This document shows positions 9,800 through 18,107 of a stretch of 33,404 nucleotides of DNA, piece by piece; the stretch's first letter is position 1; every line of letters begins with the position of its first letter. The DNA is taken from NCBI GenBank assembly GCA_040954595.2, contig JBECUI020000068.1, positions 1-33,404 on the forward strand. Reading direction: 5' to 3'. The position numbers and the translations under genes were made by a program. Origin of the DNA: Balanoglossus misakiensis (taxonomy: Eukaryota > Animalia > Hemichordata). The notes beneath the pieces are model-generated. The model saw nothing but the letters and a program-made list of their open reading frames with translations, searched no databases and was not told the origin of the DNA.

Positions 9800-11083
9800 T
9801 TAATTGATTTTTGAAACAAGCGAAGTAATATACCAATAGTTGTCCCCGTACTGTTCAAGCGTTAATATTTCTTCGATTTGGTAACGGGTATAAGTAACTC
9901 CTGTTGTTTCCTGGATATCCGGAAACCATTTATCGTAGCTGACATGTATAATTATATTATCACCATTGCTTACGTGCTCCAGTGTAAGATTTGAAATACC
10001 GTAGACAAGTACATCCTTCATTTCCTCTTCTGCTACTTGAAATACATCGGGCGGCACAATTGCTACTCGTTGTTCCACCGCAAGTTGCATTCTACTACTG
10101 ACAAACAGATAAGTTACTTCATTAATTATGTCGGAACCTGCATTATTTTTCGTTAGTTCCGATAATCGAGCCGGGTTTAATTCATTAATTGCATGGTAAA
10201 ACGTCCTTACTGTTTCTTCCGGACCTATGAACGGTCGTGCGGGTTTCTGTATAGAAAAGAAGATAAGAAGTACTATAACCAGACCTATCGTTGTTGCTAG
10301 GTATACTCGTTTTTTCACTCGCTTCCATCGTTCGCGACGCAATCGTTTTTGATAGGCCTTTTCTTTTTTAAGTAAAAATTTTGGAGATGGGATGTCTGAT
10401 CTTTCCATAGCATGACTAATCTTGTCGAGAAGTGCTTGCGGTTTAGGGGCTTGATTGTACGACAGGAAATCCAGTGCATCACCAAGATCAGGTGATAAAT
10501 GTTGATGGTCCAAAATGGGTGGGCGAAGAAGATCATCATCCTTTCCCATACAGTTTCTGCGTGCAAGAAGAAGCAAGAGTGCACTCAGCGGTTCTGTTTC
10601 TGCGAAGGCAAGATAGTATTGTGTGTTTTTCATATTGTCTGACACAGTCAGGGTACGAATAGCAGTGTTGAGTGATTCTGATGGGATATATATTTCTCCT
10701 GCTGATCCGACAAAGATGTAATTATACTGTAATAATAATGGCGATACCGTCCAATGCTTTTCTATGGCATGCATTACGTTTCTTAACACTTGTCGTATAT
10801 CAGCATGCCTATCTTGGTACGATAAACTGGTTAATTGCTGCACATCAATCCATGGTCCGTAGAGATAAAGCATGCCTGTTCGTTCGGTAATGCCGCTTAG
10901 TTTCCATATTTCGGTCTTTCCATTGCTATGTATGCACAGGAAGGATCGTTCCACACCTGCAAGCTGTGTGCGGGCATGGTCATGTACTTTAACAGGGATG
11001 TGAATTCCAAGGAAAGATTTTGATGCATCAGTCCATGATATTATTATGTTCTTACCAAGTGCTAGATTTGTTTTATCGTTCAT
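9800..11083 (-). CDS. Hypothetical single-pass membrane protein (cytoplasmic N-domain, basic stretch, TM helix, NTF2-like-looking periplasmic domain)
   Basis: 427-aa ORF. A basic stretch KRLRRERWKRVKKR precedes the hydrophobic VYLATTIGLVIVLLIFFSI, followed by PEETVRTFYHAIN. Confidence 0.7.
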   Translation of the reverse strand: MNDKTNLALGKNIIISWTDASKSFLGIHIPVKVHDHARTQLAGVERSFLCIHSNGKTEIWKLSGITERTGMLYLYGPWIDVQQLTSLSYQDRHADIRQVLRNVMHAIEKHWTVSPLLLQYNYIFVGSAGEIYIPSESLNTAIRTLTVSDNMKNTQYYLAFAETEPLSALLLLLARRNCMGKDDDLLRPPILDHQHLSPDLGDALDFLSYNQAPKPQALLDKISHAMERSDIPSPKFLLKKEKAYQKRLRRERWKRVKKRVYLATTIGLVIVLLIFFSIQKPARPFIGPEETVRTFYHAINELNPARLSELTKNNAGSDIINEVTYLFVSSRMQLAVEQRVAIVPPDVFQVAEEEMKDVLVYGISNLTLEHVSNGDNIIIHVSYDKWFPDIQETTGVTYTRYQIEEILTLEQYGDNYWYITSLVSKIN

Positions 11084-11184
11084 ACGGTGAACTATTAAAT
11101 TCTATCATACTCTATTTTAATTAGATTTTGTAACCATTGCTTTTCTTTGTTGTCTAATATTTTATAGATGGGTAAAAGGTAAGC

Positions 11185-11844
11185 ATGAGGAAATTCGTTG
11201 TGATAGCAATTTTGTTTTCTAATTTAGTTCCCTTAGCAATACATGCACAAGTCTTTTCTATTGAAGCGGAAAAGGGCTTGGTAATAGCTGGAAAAATAGA
11301 AAACAGAAGCTATCAATTTTATCGGGATCTGACAGCTAAGTATAACATACCGGTTTTTTACCGGTTTATGCGGTTAAAGGAAGACATAGGGAAGCGAATA
11401 GGGAGAGTTGCAGTACAACATGATGTTAAATTCTCTAACTCGCAAACAGCAGGGCAAACAATTCCTGCAAACCTAGAGGGCAGCATTGCAGTAGCACTCC
11501 AGTTAGCAGAAGATGCGGCTGCTACCTATCAGTCTTTTTTGCCACAGTTTTCAGGGCAATCGGTAATGGGGAAATTTTTTAGTCGCTTACATGACTTTAT
11601 CCGATATCAGCAGATACCGATTCTTCAGAATTTGCAATCAATCATTGCTCATGCTGGCGAAGCATATGTTTTGCAGCAAGAGAAGCAGGGGACAGGGTCT
11701 CAAACCTTTTCAATTCTTCAGGGCAATGAGATGTTATACAATAGCAACTGGGATAATGATAGATGGTATGATAACGACTGGGATAATAATGGTTGGTACG
11801 ATGCAGGGCAGAGCAATCGTTTCTATCGATTCGGAAGATTCTAG
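11185..11844 (+). CDS. Secreted ferritin-like (DUF2202-like) protein with WDND-rich tail
   Basis: Sec signal ending IHA|Q. The helical core is paralogous to 12447-13067 (KYNIPV, IRYxQIPIL). The tail is NWDNDRWYDNDWDNNGWY. Confidence 0.65.
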   Translation: MRKFVVIAILFSNLVPLAIHAQVFSIEAEKGLVIAGKIENRSYQFYRDLTAKYNIPVFYRFMRLKEDIGKRIGRVAVQHDVKFSNSQTAGQTIPANLEGSIAVALQLAEDAAATYQSFLPQFSGQSVMGKFFSRLHDFIRYQQIPILQNLQSIIAHAGEAYVLQQEKQGTGSQTFSILQGNEMLYNSNWDNDRWYDNDWDNNGWYDAGQSNRFYRFGRF

Positions 11845-11926
11845 AAAATGTTTTTCTGTAAGCGTATCGAACCTTGTGATCGTTAGGTTGTTAATTTTTG
11901 AAATTTTTTGAGAGAGGTGAAATAGT

Positions 11927-12358
11927 ATGAAAGGAACATTTATTGTACTTACAATGATTTTAGCTTCATTTTTTGTTGGGGCACAAACAACTTCCCCGGC
12001 AACTGAAGTTCCCCCGACACCAGATGGTGCCTATGGTTATAGCAATACGGCCCCAGTTCCAGGAACAGTACCCCAACAAGGAGTACCGTATGGACAAGGC
12101 TATGGCTGGGATAATGATGCTTATCAGCAGCAATACGGAAATCAGGGAGCTGTGCCATACCAACAAGGACAGTATCCTGGACGTTACTGGGACAATGACG
12201 GCTGGGGAGACAATGACGGCTGGGGAGACAATGATGGCTGGTATGGTCAAGGCGGCTGGGATAATGATGGATACGGTCGACGTGGCTGGGATAATGATGG
12301 ATACGGTCGACGTGGCTGGGACAATGATGGATATGGTCGACGTGGACGAAGGCACTAA
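11927..12358 (+). CDS. Secreted low-complexity protein with GWDNDGYGRR / GDNDGW repeats
   Basis: RBS GAGGTG and Sec signal ending VGA|Q, then a P/Q/Y/G-rich segment and seven DND motifs. Variation between DNA repeats is synonymous in this frame (GAT/GAC, TAC/TAT). Confidence 0.8.
   Translation: MKGTFIVLTMILASFFVGAQTTSPATEVPPTPDGAYGYSNTAPVPGTVPQQGVPYGQGYGWDNDAYQQQYGNQGAVPYQQGQYPGRYWDNDGWGDNDGWGDNDGWYGQGGWDNDGYGRRGWDNDGYGRRGWDNDGYGRRGRRH
12191..12343 (+). repeat. Intragenic tandem repeats: 18 bp x ~3 (12191-12241) and 30 bp x 3 (12254-12343)
   Basis: Units GACAATGACGGCTGGGGA and GGCTGGGATAATGATGGATACGGTCGACGT read directly from the sequence. Confidence 0.95.
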
Positions 12359-12374
12359 GACAGAAGAGCATGGT

Positions 12375-12404
12375 GGAGCCTGCATGTTTTATATTGCGGG
12401 CTCC
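12375..12404 (+). other. Intercistronic stem-loop
   Basis: GGAGCCTGCA pairs with TGCGGGCTCC (10 bp, one G-U). No U-tract follows, so it is not a classic intrinsic terminator. Confidence 0.55.
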
Positions 12405-12446
12405 TGAATGTTGTTGTTTATATAGTGAAAAAGAGTGAGAGGAAAA

Positions 12447-13067
12447 ATGAAAAAATTAGTTTCAATAATGATTATTTTGTTTGTATTGCTTCCATTGTCG
12501 CTTAGTGCACAAGTCTTGTCTGCAGAAGCGAAGGAAGCTTTAACGGTTGCACAAGAAAAGGAATACAATAGTTATCTGTTCTATCAGAGCTTGGCATCGA
12601 AGTATAACATACCAGTTTTATACCGATTTGCAAACGTCAAGGAAGAGAACAACTTCCGAATACGGCGCTTCGCTATGAGATACGGGATAATCCTTCCTAC
12701 ATTGCAAATGGAAACTGTAGTAGCGCCTGACAGTTTGGAGGCTGGACTGACTACTGCCTTGCAATCAGAGCAAGCTTCGGCAGATACCTATCAGACCTTG
12801 TTATCACAATTCAATTCGAATGATCCGATAATGGCTAGGTTCATGAATGGCTTACATGGCCAAATTCGATATCGGCAAATTCCCATTTTAAATGAGGTAC
12901 AGACTACTATTACACAGTTCGGAGAAACTGCTTTTCTGGAACAGTATACACAAGTACCGTGGAATAGTGGCAGGTATGGTCGGGGTGGCTGGAATAATGA
13001 CTGGAATAATAATGCTTGGTCTGGTCGAAGACGTGGTCGAAAGGCAAGAGTTAAGAAATTCTATTAA
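12447..13067 (+). CDS. Secreted ferritin-like (DUF2202-like) protein with W/N/G/R-rich tail
   Basis: ATG 12447 follows GAGG; the signal ends LSA|Q. The LSAEAKEAL..EY...Y and PDSLEAGLTTALQSE....Y..LL patterns resemble DUF2202 ferritin-like bundles. The tail is GWNNDWNNNAWSGRRRGR. Confidence 0.7.
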   Translation: MKKLVSIMIILFVLLPLSLSAQVLSAEAKEALTVAQEKEYNSYLFYQSLASKYNIPVLYRFANVKEENNFRIRRFAMRYGIILPTLQMETVVAPDSLEAGLTTALQSEQASADTYQTLLSQFNSNDPIMARFMNGLHGQIRYRQIPILNEVQTTITQFGETAFLEQYTQVPWNSGRYGRGGWNNDWNNNAWSGRRRGRKARVKKFY

Positions 13068-13079
13068 AAACAAACAAAC

Positions 13080-13159
13080 ACTTGGCCCTGTCAAGTCCGT
13101 TAATACAGAATTTAGGTGGCGGATATGCCCATGGAAAATAAATTGTGGCAGGGTCAAGT
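13080..13159. repeat. ~80-bp element bounded by imperfect 14-bp inverted repeats
   Basis: ACTTGGCCCTGTCA ... TGGCAGGGTCAAGT (12/14 Watson-Crick; both mismatches are G-U on the + strand), with an inner stem TCCGTTA/TGGCGGA. Confidence 0.55.
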
Positions 13160-13254
13160 CATAGTTAGGTGCGTCTAGCGCACGAATGTGCTGATTTTGC
13201 AGAAGAAATAAAACCTAAATGTTGAAATAATATAGATAATTTTATTTCTAGCAG

Positions 13255-13284
13255 TTGACAACAGAGTGTATATATACTTATAAT
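13255..13284 (+). promoter_or_regulatory. Sigma70-type promoter for the PhyH-family gene
   Basis: TTGACA (13255-13260), an 18-bp spacer, and TATAAT (13279-13284). The spacer contains the palindrome GTATATATAC (13268-13277). Confidence 0.7.
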
Positions 13285-13313
13285 TAGGTTATCAATAAGC
13301 ACAAGAGGTTGGT

Positions 13314-14480
13314 ATGAAAGATATTACTCAATATTGGTATAGTGAAGAACATTGTTCGGTAGCTCACTTTAAGGCATCGATTGACCGCAAGGTAGAAGGG
13401 CTTGAGTTTACTGATTCAGTGCAGAAAAACATTCCTCTGTACAACTGTCATGAGCTCAGGGATACACTTCTTGACTCGAAAAAACGAAAGTACTTACTTT
13501 TTGAATGGGGAAATATACTATTAGAGGGATCTGGTGTTCTTGTATTAAAACATGCGTATTCTGATACCACCCCTATTGATAAAGCCACTACTGTATTTAA
13601 TGAAATTATTGCAGAAGAACGGGAGACATCTGGCCCGGGTGCCGACCATTTTGCAAAAGCTGGTGCTAATGATCGTGTATGGAATGCATTAGAAAAGTTT
13701 TGTATAAAAGATCCCGAAGCCTTTGCAAACTATTATAGTAACGAAATGCTTGCTGCAGGCGCTGAATCGTGGTTAGGACCAAACTATCAGGTAACCTCAC
13801 AGGTTAATGTTGTGCGACCCGGCGGAGAAGCACAGAATTCTCATAGAGATTACCATTTAGGGTTTCAAACGGTACAAGAAGCAAGTCGTTATCCTGCACA
13901 GGTGCATCTTTTTTCGCCGCATCTAACGTTGCAAGGAGCTGTAGCACATAATGATATGCCGTTAGAGAGTGGTCCGACAAAACTTCTTCCTTTTTCTCAG
14001 TCGTACAAGGAAGGATATTTGGCATACCGTCGCTCGGATTTTAAGGATTTCTTTGAGAATAACTACGTCCAGTTGCCACTGGAAAAGGGCGATATTGTCT
14101 ATTTCAATCCTGCGCTGTTTCACTCTGCCGGAAGTAATACGACAAAGGACATCTTTCGAGTTGCTAATTTATTGCAGATTTCATCAGCCTTTGGTAGAGC
14201 GATGGAGTCGGTCAATCGGTTAAAAATGAGTAAGGCTCTTTATCCTGTTTTAGCACAATGTAAGCAGAAAGGAAGTTTAACACAACATCAAATAGAATGT
14301 GCCATAGCTGCTTGTGCAGAGGGATATTCTTTTCCAACCAGTCTTGACACCGATCCACCAGTTGGCGGTCTTGCCCCAGAAACGCAACAGGGATTATTTA
14401 AGAAATTCCTGAATGAAGGACTGGCGGTTGCCGATTTTATACAGCAACTCGATCAACAAGAGAAGCGTAAGTTGGGTTAG
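13314..14480 (+). CDS. Phytanoyl-CoA dioxygenase (PhyH) family Fe(II)/2-oxoglutarate dioxygenase
   Basis: HRD (HxD) motif, distal His in FHSAGSN, ESGPTKLLPFS, KGDIVYF and a conserved Arg in FRVANLLQ. Confidence 0.88.
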   Translation: MKDITQYWYSEEHCSVAHFKASIDRKVEGLEFTDSVQKNIPLYNCHELRDTLLDSKKRKYLLFEWGNILLEGSGVLVLKHAYSDTTPIDKATTVFNEIIAEERETSGPGADHFAKAGANDRVWNALEKFCIKDPEAFANYYSNEMLAAGAESWLGPNYQVTSQVNVVRPGGEAQNSHRDYHLGFQTVQEASRYPAQVHLFSPHLTLQGAVAHNDMPLESGPTKLLPFSQSYKEGYLAYRRSDFKDFFENNYVQLPLEKGDIVYFNPALFHSAGSNTTKDIFRVANLLQISSAFGRAMESVNRLKMSKALYPVLAQCKQKGSLTQHQIECAIAACAEGYSFPTSLDTDPPVGGLAPETQQGLFKKFLNEGLAVADFIQQLDQQEKRKLG

Positions 14481-14489
14481 AGTTTACAC

Positions 14490-15386
14490 TTATCTTGTAA
14501 GGGCAACTCCGAAATCTGCTAGAGCGTGGAGAGAATGAGCGTCTATGGTCGCCGAATGTCCAGCATCATCAGGAGAGCTTCCACTTTGTTGTCTAATCTG
14601 AGCACCCGCAGATCGAAGGAAATCAACTTCTTTATCCGAAAGGCTGCCAACGGCAAGATCGAATATGCCGTATGCATAAATAACATTACTTAGGTCTTTT
14701 CCTGCGAGTTCTTCTGTGTATCGATGTTGACCGAAAGCAGCAGCCAATCTCATCATACCAACACGTATATTTTTCGTGAATTGATCATTTGCAAATTCAA
14801 TGCGTGGATCTACACGGGAAGCAAGATGAGGAATGGTATTTCCCTGTTCGTCAATGGTAAAGGTCATGCCTATACCCTCTGAAAAACTTTTCCATATGGT
14901 ATCATCCATATCCAGTCTTCCTACTACTATAACATATCCATCCGGATGGGCACGGTCTCTCCGCAGCAGGTCTGTTACCACAAATGCTCCAAAGGATATG
15001 CCGATAACATATACCTTTTTTCCTAGGTTCTGGAATTTTTTTATTTCAGTCTCAAGCAATTTTAACGTTTCCGTATTTAGTTCTTTTGCACGAGCAAAGG
15101 AAACTTCTTGTGATGTAAATTCTGATGGATAGAGGGTTTGATATTGATGCATGAGTACAATGAGTGTTTTTTCTTTATCTATCATTCCAAAGATCGGTTC
15201 TACTTCGTCTGTTTGCAGTGTTATGAATGGTCCTCCTTGTTCAACAAGAACAACTGTATTGCCATCCGGATTTCCCACGACATAATGCTCAGTATTTCTG
15301 CTTATCGAACTCTCTGTATTAATGCATGCAACAAATGCAAACGAAGCTATAAGTACTACGGTAAATTTAATTATATTTTTTTTCAT
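14490..15386 (-). CDS. Lipoprotein alpha/beta hydrolase
   Basis: Lipobox FAFVA|C, oxyanion QGGP and nucleophile elbow GISFG, with candidate Asp (GIFDLAV) and His (AGHS). Confidence 0.78.
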   Translation of the reverse strand: MKKNIIKFTVVLIASFAFVACINTESSISRNTEHYVVGNPDGNTVVLVEQGGPFITLQTDEVEPIFGMIDKEKTLIVLMHQYQTLYPSEFTSQEVSFARAKELNTETLKLLETEIKKFQNLGKKVYVIGISFGAFVVTDLLRRDRAHPDGYVIVVGRLDMDDTIWKSFSEGIGMTFTIDEQGNTIPHLASRVDPRIEFANDQFTKNIRVGMMRLAAAFGQHRYTEELAGKDLSNVIYAYGIFDLAVGSLSDKEVDFLRSAGAQIRQQSGSSPDDAGHSATIDAHSLHALADFGVALTR

Positions 15387-15528
15387 TTTTTATATACAAA
15401 GTAACCCACACCTGTATGAAGGTCTAGTTTAGATATTATCTCCTATAACAGTATAGTATTAAATTATATTAACTGCAACAATAATTTGCATGCTTGTGTA
15501 TTCTTTAAATCTATGATATATTTTTTTT

Positions 15529-16926
15529 ATGGAAAATAGCTTCTCAGTGGGAATTGTTTGTGGCAAGCTTGGCGATGTAGACGGAGTGTCCTTGGAAACT
15601 TCTAAGTGGATCGATGCTTTGAATGCATTAGGACATCAGGTATATACGTTTGCAGGCTGTTATACCAATGCCTTGCACAATGTTCAAGACGATCGGCAGT
15701 TTGTCATTGAGGAACTTCGATTTGACTCCGAATTACAAAAGCGAAGTGATATAGCTTTTTTTCCTCATATTAATCCCTTAGGGAATGATTATGTTTCAGA
15801 AGAAGTCGTGCATAACACAATAGAGGAGGTACAGAGTGTTGCTACTCGAGTAAGTAATATAATCTATCAACGTTTACAAAACGAAAAGATTGATCTACTG
15901 ATTGGAGAGAATACCAATGCCATGCCAATGTCCATTGTCAGCGGGGCAGTTCTATATCAGCTTTCTGTGCAAAAGCGGATAGCAACGATATTTCATCATC
16001 ACGACTTCTGGTGGGAGCGGAGCAGATTCAGCCATAGCAGGATTGATGATTTCCTTCAGGAGGTAATGCCTCCAAATGATCCGAGTCTGGAACATATTGT
16101 TATTTCCACGTATTCGCAACATGTTTTAAGTGTGATACAGAGGATTCGTCCTTTTGTTATTTTTAACTGTGAAGATTTTGAGAACACTGTAACAAAAGAT
16201 GATTATAATAACCAATTACGTGTTGATATTGGTTTAAAACCGGATGATATTTTTATACTACAACCTACCAGAATTGTTGCCCGTAAGCGGATTGAGGATT
16301 CCATTCGTTTTGTCGGGAAGTTGCAACAAACTTATCCGGAGTTTCAGAACCGTCTTAAATTTGTTATTTCATTGTATCAGGGCGATGAACCAGACAATCA
16401 ATATATCAGTTTTATACGCAAAACTGCAGAAAAATGCAATGTTGAGATTGTGTTTATTTCCCATTGTGTATCTGCGATGCGGGGTACGGTACAAGGAAAA
16501 CGTATGTACACTAACCGCGATGTCCTTGTTCAGGCAGATCTAGTCTTGTATCTCCCAATATGGGAAGGGTTTGGGAATGCATTACTGGAAGCAATAGCGA
16601 CCCGGGTCCCAGTTGTAACGACGACGTACTTGGTATACAAAACGGATATCCAGCCGGTTGGGTTTAAGAATATTGAGATACGAGATGACTATGATGAACA
16701 TGGAGAGTTAATTATTCCCCCAAGTGTATTATCTGATGTGTATAAAATTCTGACTGATCCTAAAACAAGAAAAGAGATTGTTGATTATAACTTTGAGTTA
16801 GGGAAGAAAGAATTTGGCTTGCATGTTCTCCGCGAACGATTAAGCTATATATTGGAACACTATACCAACGAGATATTCGCTTCGCGCAAGCGACAGAATA
16901 AACAAAGCAGAATTTACTCTGTATAG
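15529..16926 (+). CDS. Glycosyltransferase family 4 (GT-B)
   Basis: DGVSLETSKW, HHHDFWWER, PTRIVARKRIE and the E-X7-E motif EGFGNALLE. Confidence 0.88.
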   Translation: MENSFSVGIVCGKLGDVDGVSLETSKWIDALNALGHQVYTFAGCYTNALHNVQDDRQFVIEELRFDSELQKRSDIAFFPHINPLGNDYVSEEVVHNTIEEVQSVATRVSNIIYQRLQNEKIDLLIGENTNAMPMSIVSGAVLYQLSVQKRIATIFHHHDFWWERSRFSHSRIDDFLQEVMPPNDPSLEHIVISTYSQHVLSVIQRIRPFVIFNCEDFENTVTKDDYNNQLRVDIGLKPDDIFILQPTRIVARKRIEDSIRFVGKLQQTYPEFQNRLKFVISLYQGDEPDNQYISFIRKTAEKCNVEIVFISHCVSAMRGTVQGKRMYTNRDVLVQADLVLYLPIWEGFGNALLEAIATRVPVVTTTYLVYKTDIQPVGFKNIEIRDDYDEHGELIIPPSVLSDVYKILTDPKTRKEIVDYNFELGKKEFGLHVLRERLSYILEHYTNEIFASRKRQNKQSRIYSV

Positions 16927-16934
16927 CCCGTAGC

Positions 16935-17972
16935 CTATCGTTTGTTGATGGACCTTTTAATTTTTTGCCGGATTTTCCTGCTCTTAATGGTATGAGGTTT
17001 GCTCAGTGTTTCAATACTTGGCTGGTTGTTATGTTTGGTGCGAAGAATGAAGAATAGGATGAGCCCTGCTATAATCATTAGTAGGCAGAGAACTTGACCG
17101 GTAGTAAAATTCCATGGGGTCAATAAGAGCCAGTTCGGATTGTCTTCCTGTACAAACCTAATAACAAAACCGATACCAGTATCCGGCTGCCGAAAGTATT
17201 CTATAAAGAAGCGTACGATGCCATATCCGATAAAATAAGCACAGACGACGGTACCGTGAAACTTTTTTTTCTTCCGCACAATAAACCACAGGACTGCCCA
17301 TAAGAGAATACCCTCAAAAAATGCTTCGTATAATTGTGATGCATGCCTGGGAACATTCACTAATCCAGCGGAGTTTGGTTCCAACCCAAGTGTGTCAGCG
17401 GCATTGGCAACATGCTTGTTTGTTATTGGTAACTCTTCTGCTAAAGGAAAGCGCACGCCAAAGGGGGCAGTTGTAATACGCCCAAATAACTCGCCGTTGA
17501 TGAAGTTTCCCAACCTTCCGAATGTGTAAGTGAGGGGAAAGATTGCAAAGTAGAGATCAGCATATTCCAGATAATAGCGAAACTTCTTCATGGCAATAAG
17601 AGTGATGACCCCACCGACCATGGCTCCAACGAATCCACCATGGTAACTCATGCCTTGCAGCCCTGCAAAATTTCCTGCTCGGTCAAATGGCCAAAAAATG
17701 AGCCATGGCTGGTTTACGTAAATACCACTTGTATCATAAATTAACACCGAGAACAGCCGTGCTCCGAGAATAGCACCAATAACTAAACTGATATGAAGAT
17801 TGAAGTGATCATTTTCAGTAATTGGAAACTGCTCTTTTTGTTTAATTTGTTGCAGTACAACCATGTACACAACAACAATGTTGATTACATACATCAATCC
17901 GTACCATCGAAAAAAGGGTATTCCTGGAATAATGTACGGGCTCAGCCATGTTGGAAATTCTAAAAATGACAT
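16935..17972 (-). CDS. lgt: Prolipoprotein diacylglyceryl transferase
   Basis: RWYGLMY, GARL, GMSYHGG, GRLGNFINGELFGR, HASQLYE and RFFIEYFRQPD. Confidence 0.96.
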   Translation of the reverse strand: MSFLEFPTWLSPYIIPGIPFFRWYGLMYVINIVVVYMVVLQQIKQKEQFPITENDHFNLHISLVIGAILGARLFSVLIYDTSGIYVNQPWLIFWPFDRAGNFAGLQGMSYHGGFVGAMVGGVITLIAMKKFRYYLEYADLYFAIFPLTYTFGRLGNFINGELFGRITTAPFGVRFPLAEELPITNKHVANAADTLGLEPNSAGLVNVPRHASQLYEAFFEGILLWAVLWFIVRKKKKFHGTVVCAYFIGYGIVRFFIEYFRQPDTGIGFVIRFVQEDNPNWLLLTPWNFTTGQVLCLLMIIAGLILFFILRTKHNNQPSIETLSKPHTIKSRKIRQKIKRSINKR

Positions 17973-18107
17973 ATCAGATCCTATCTATAAATATTACTCC
18001 TGTAGTATATTTGAATTTGTATTATTTTCATAGTCTTCTTGATTTCTTTCATGTTGTATGCTATAAAATATACATGCCACACTCAATGAGTGGGACTGAA
18101 GTACTAC

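Noticed and set aside
11949-12407. Three overlapping alternative or antisense ORFs (His-rich, Ile/Pro-rich, Met-rich repeats)
   Set aside because: These are shadows of the 18/30-bp repeats. Only 11927-12358 has an RBS, a signal peptide and synonymous repeat variation.
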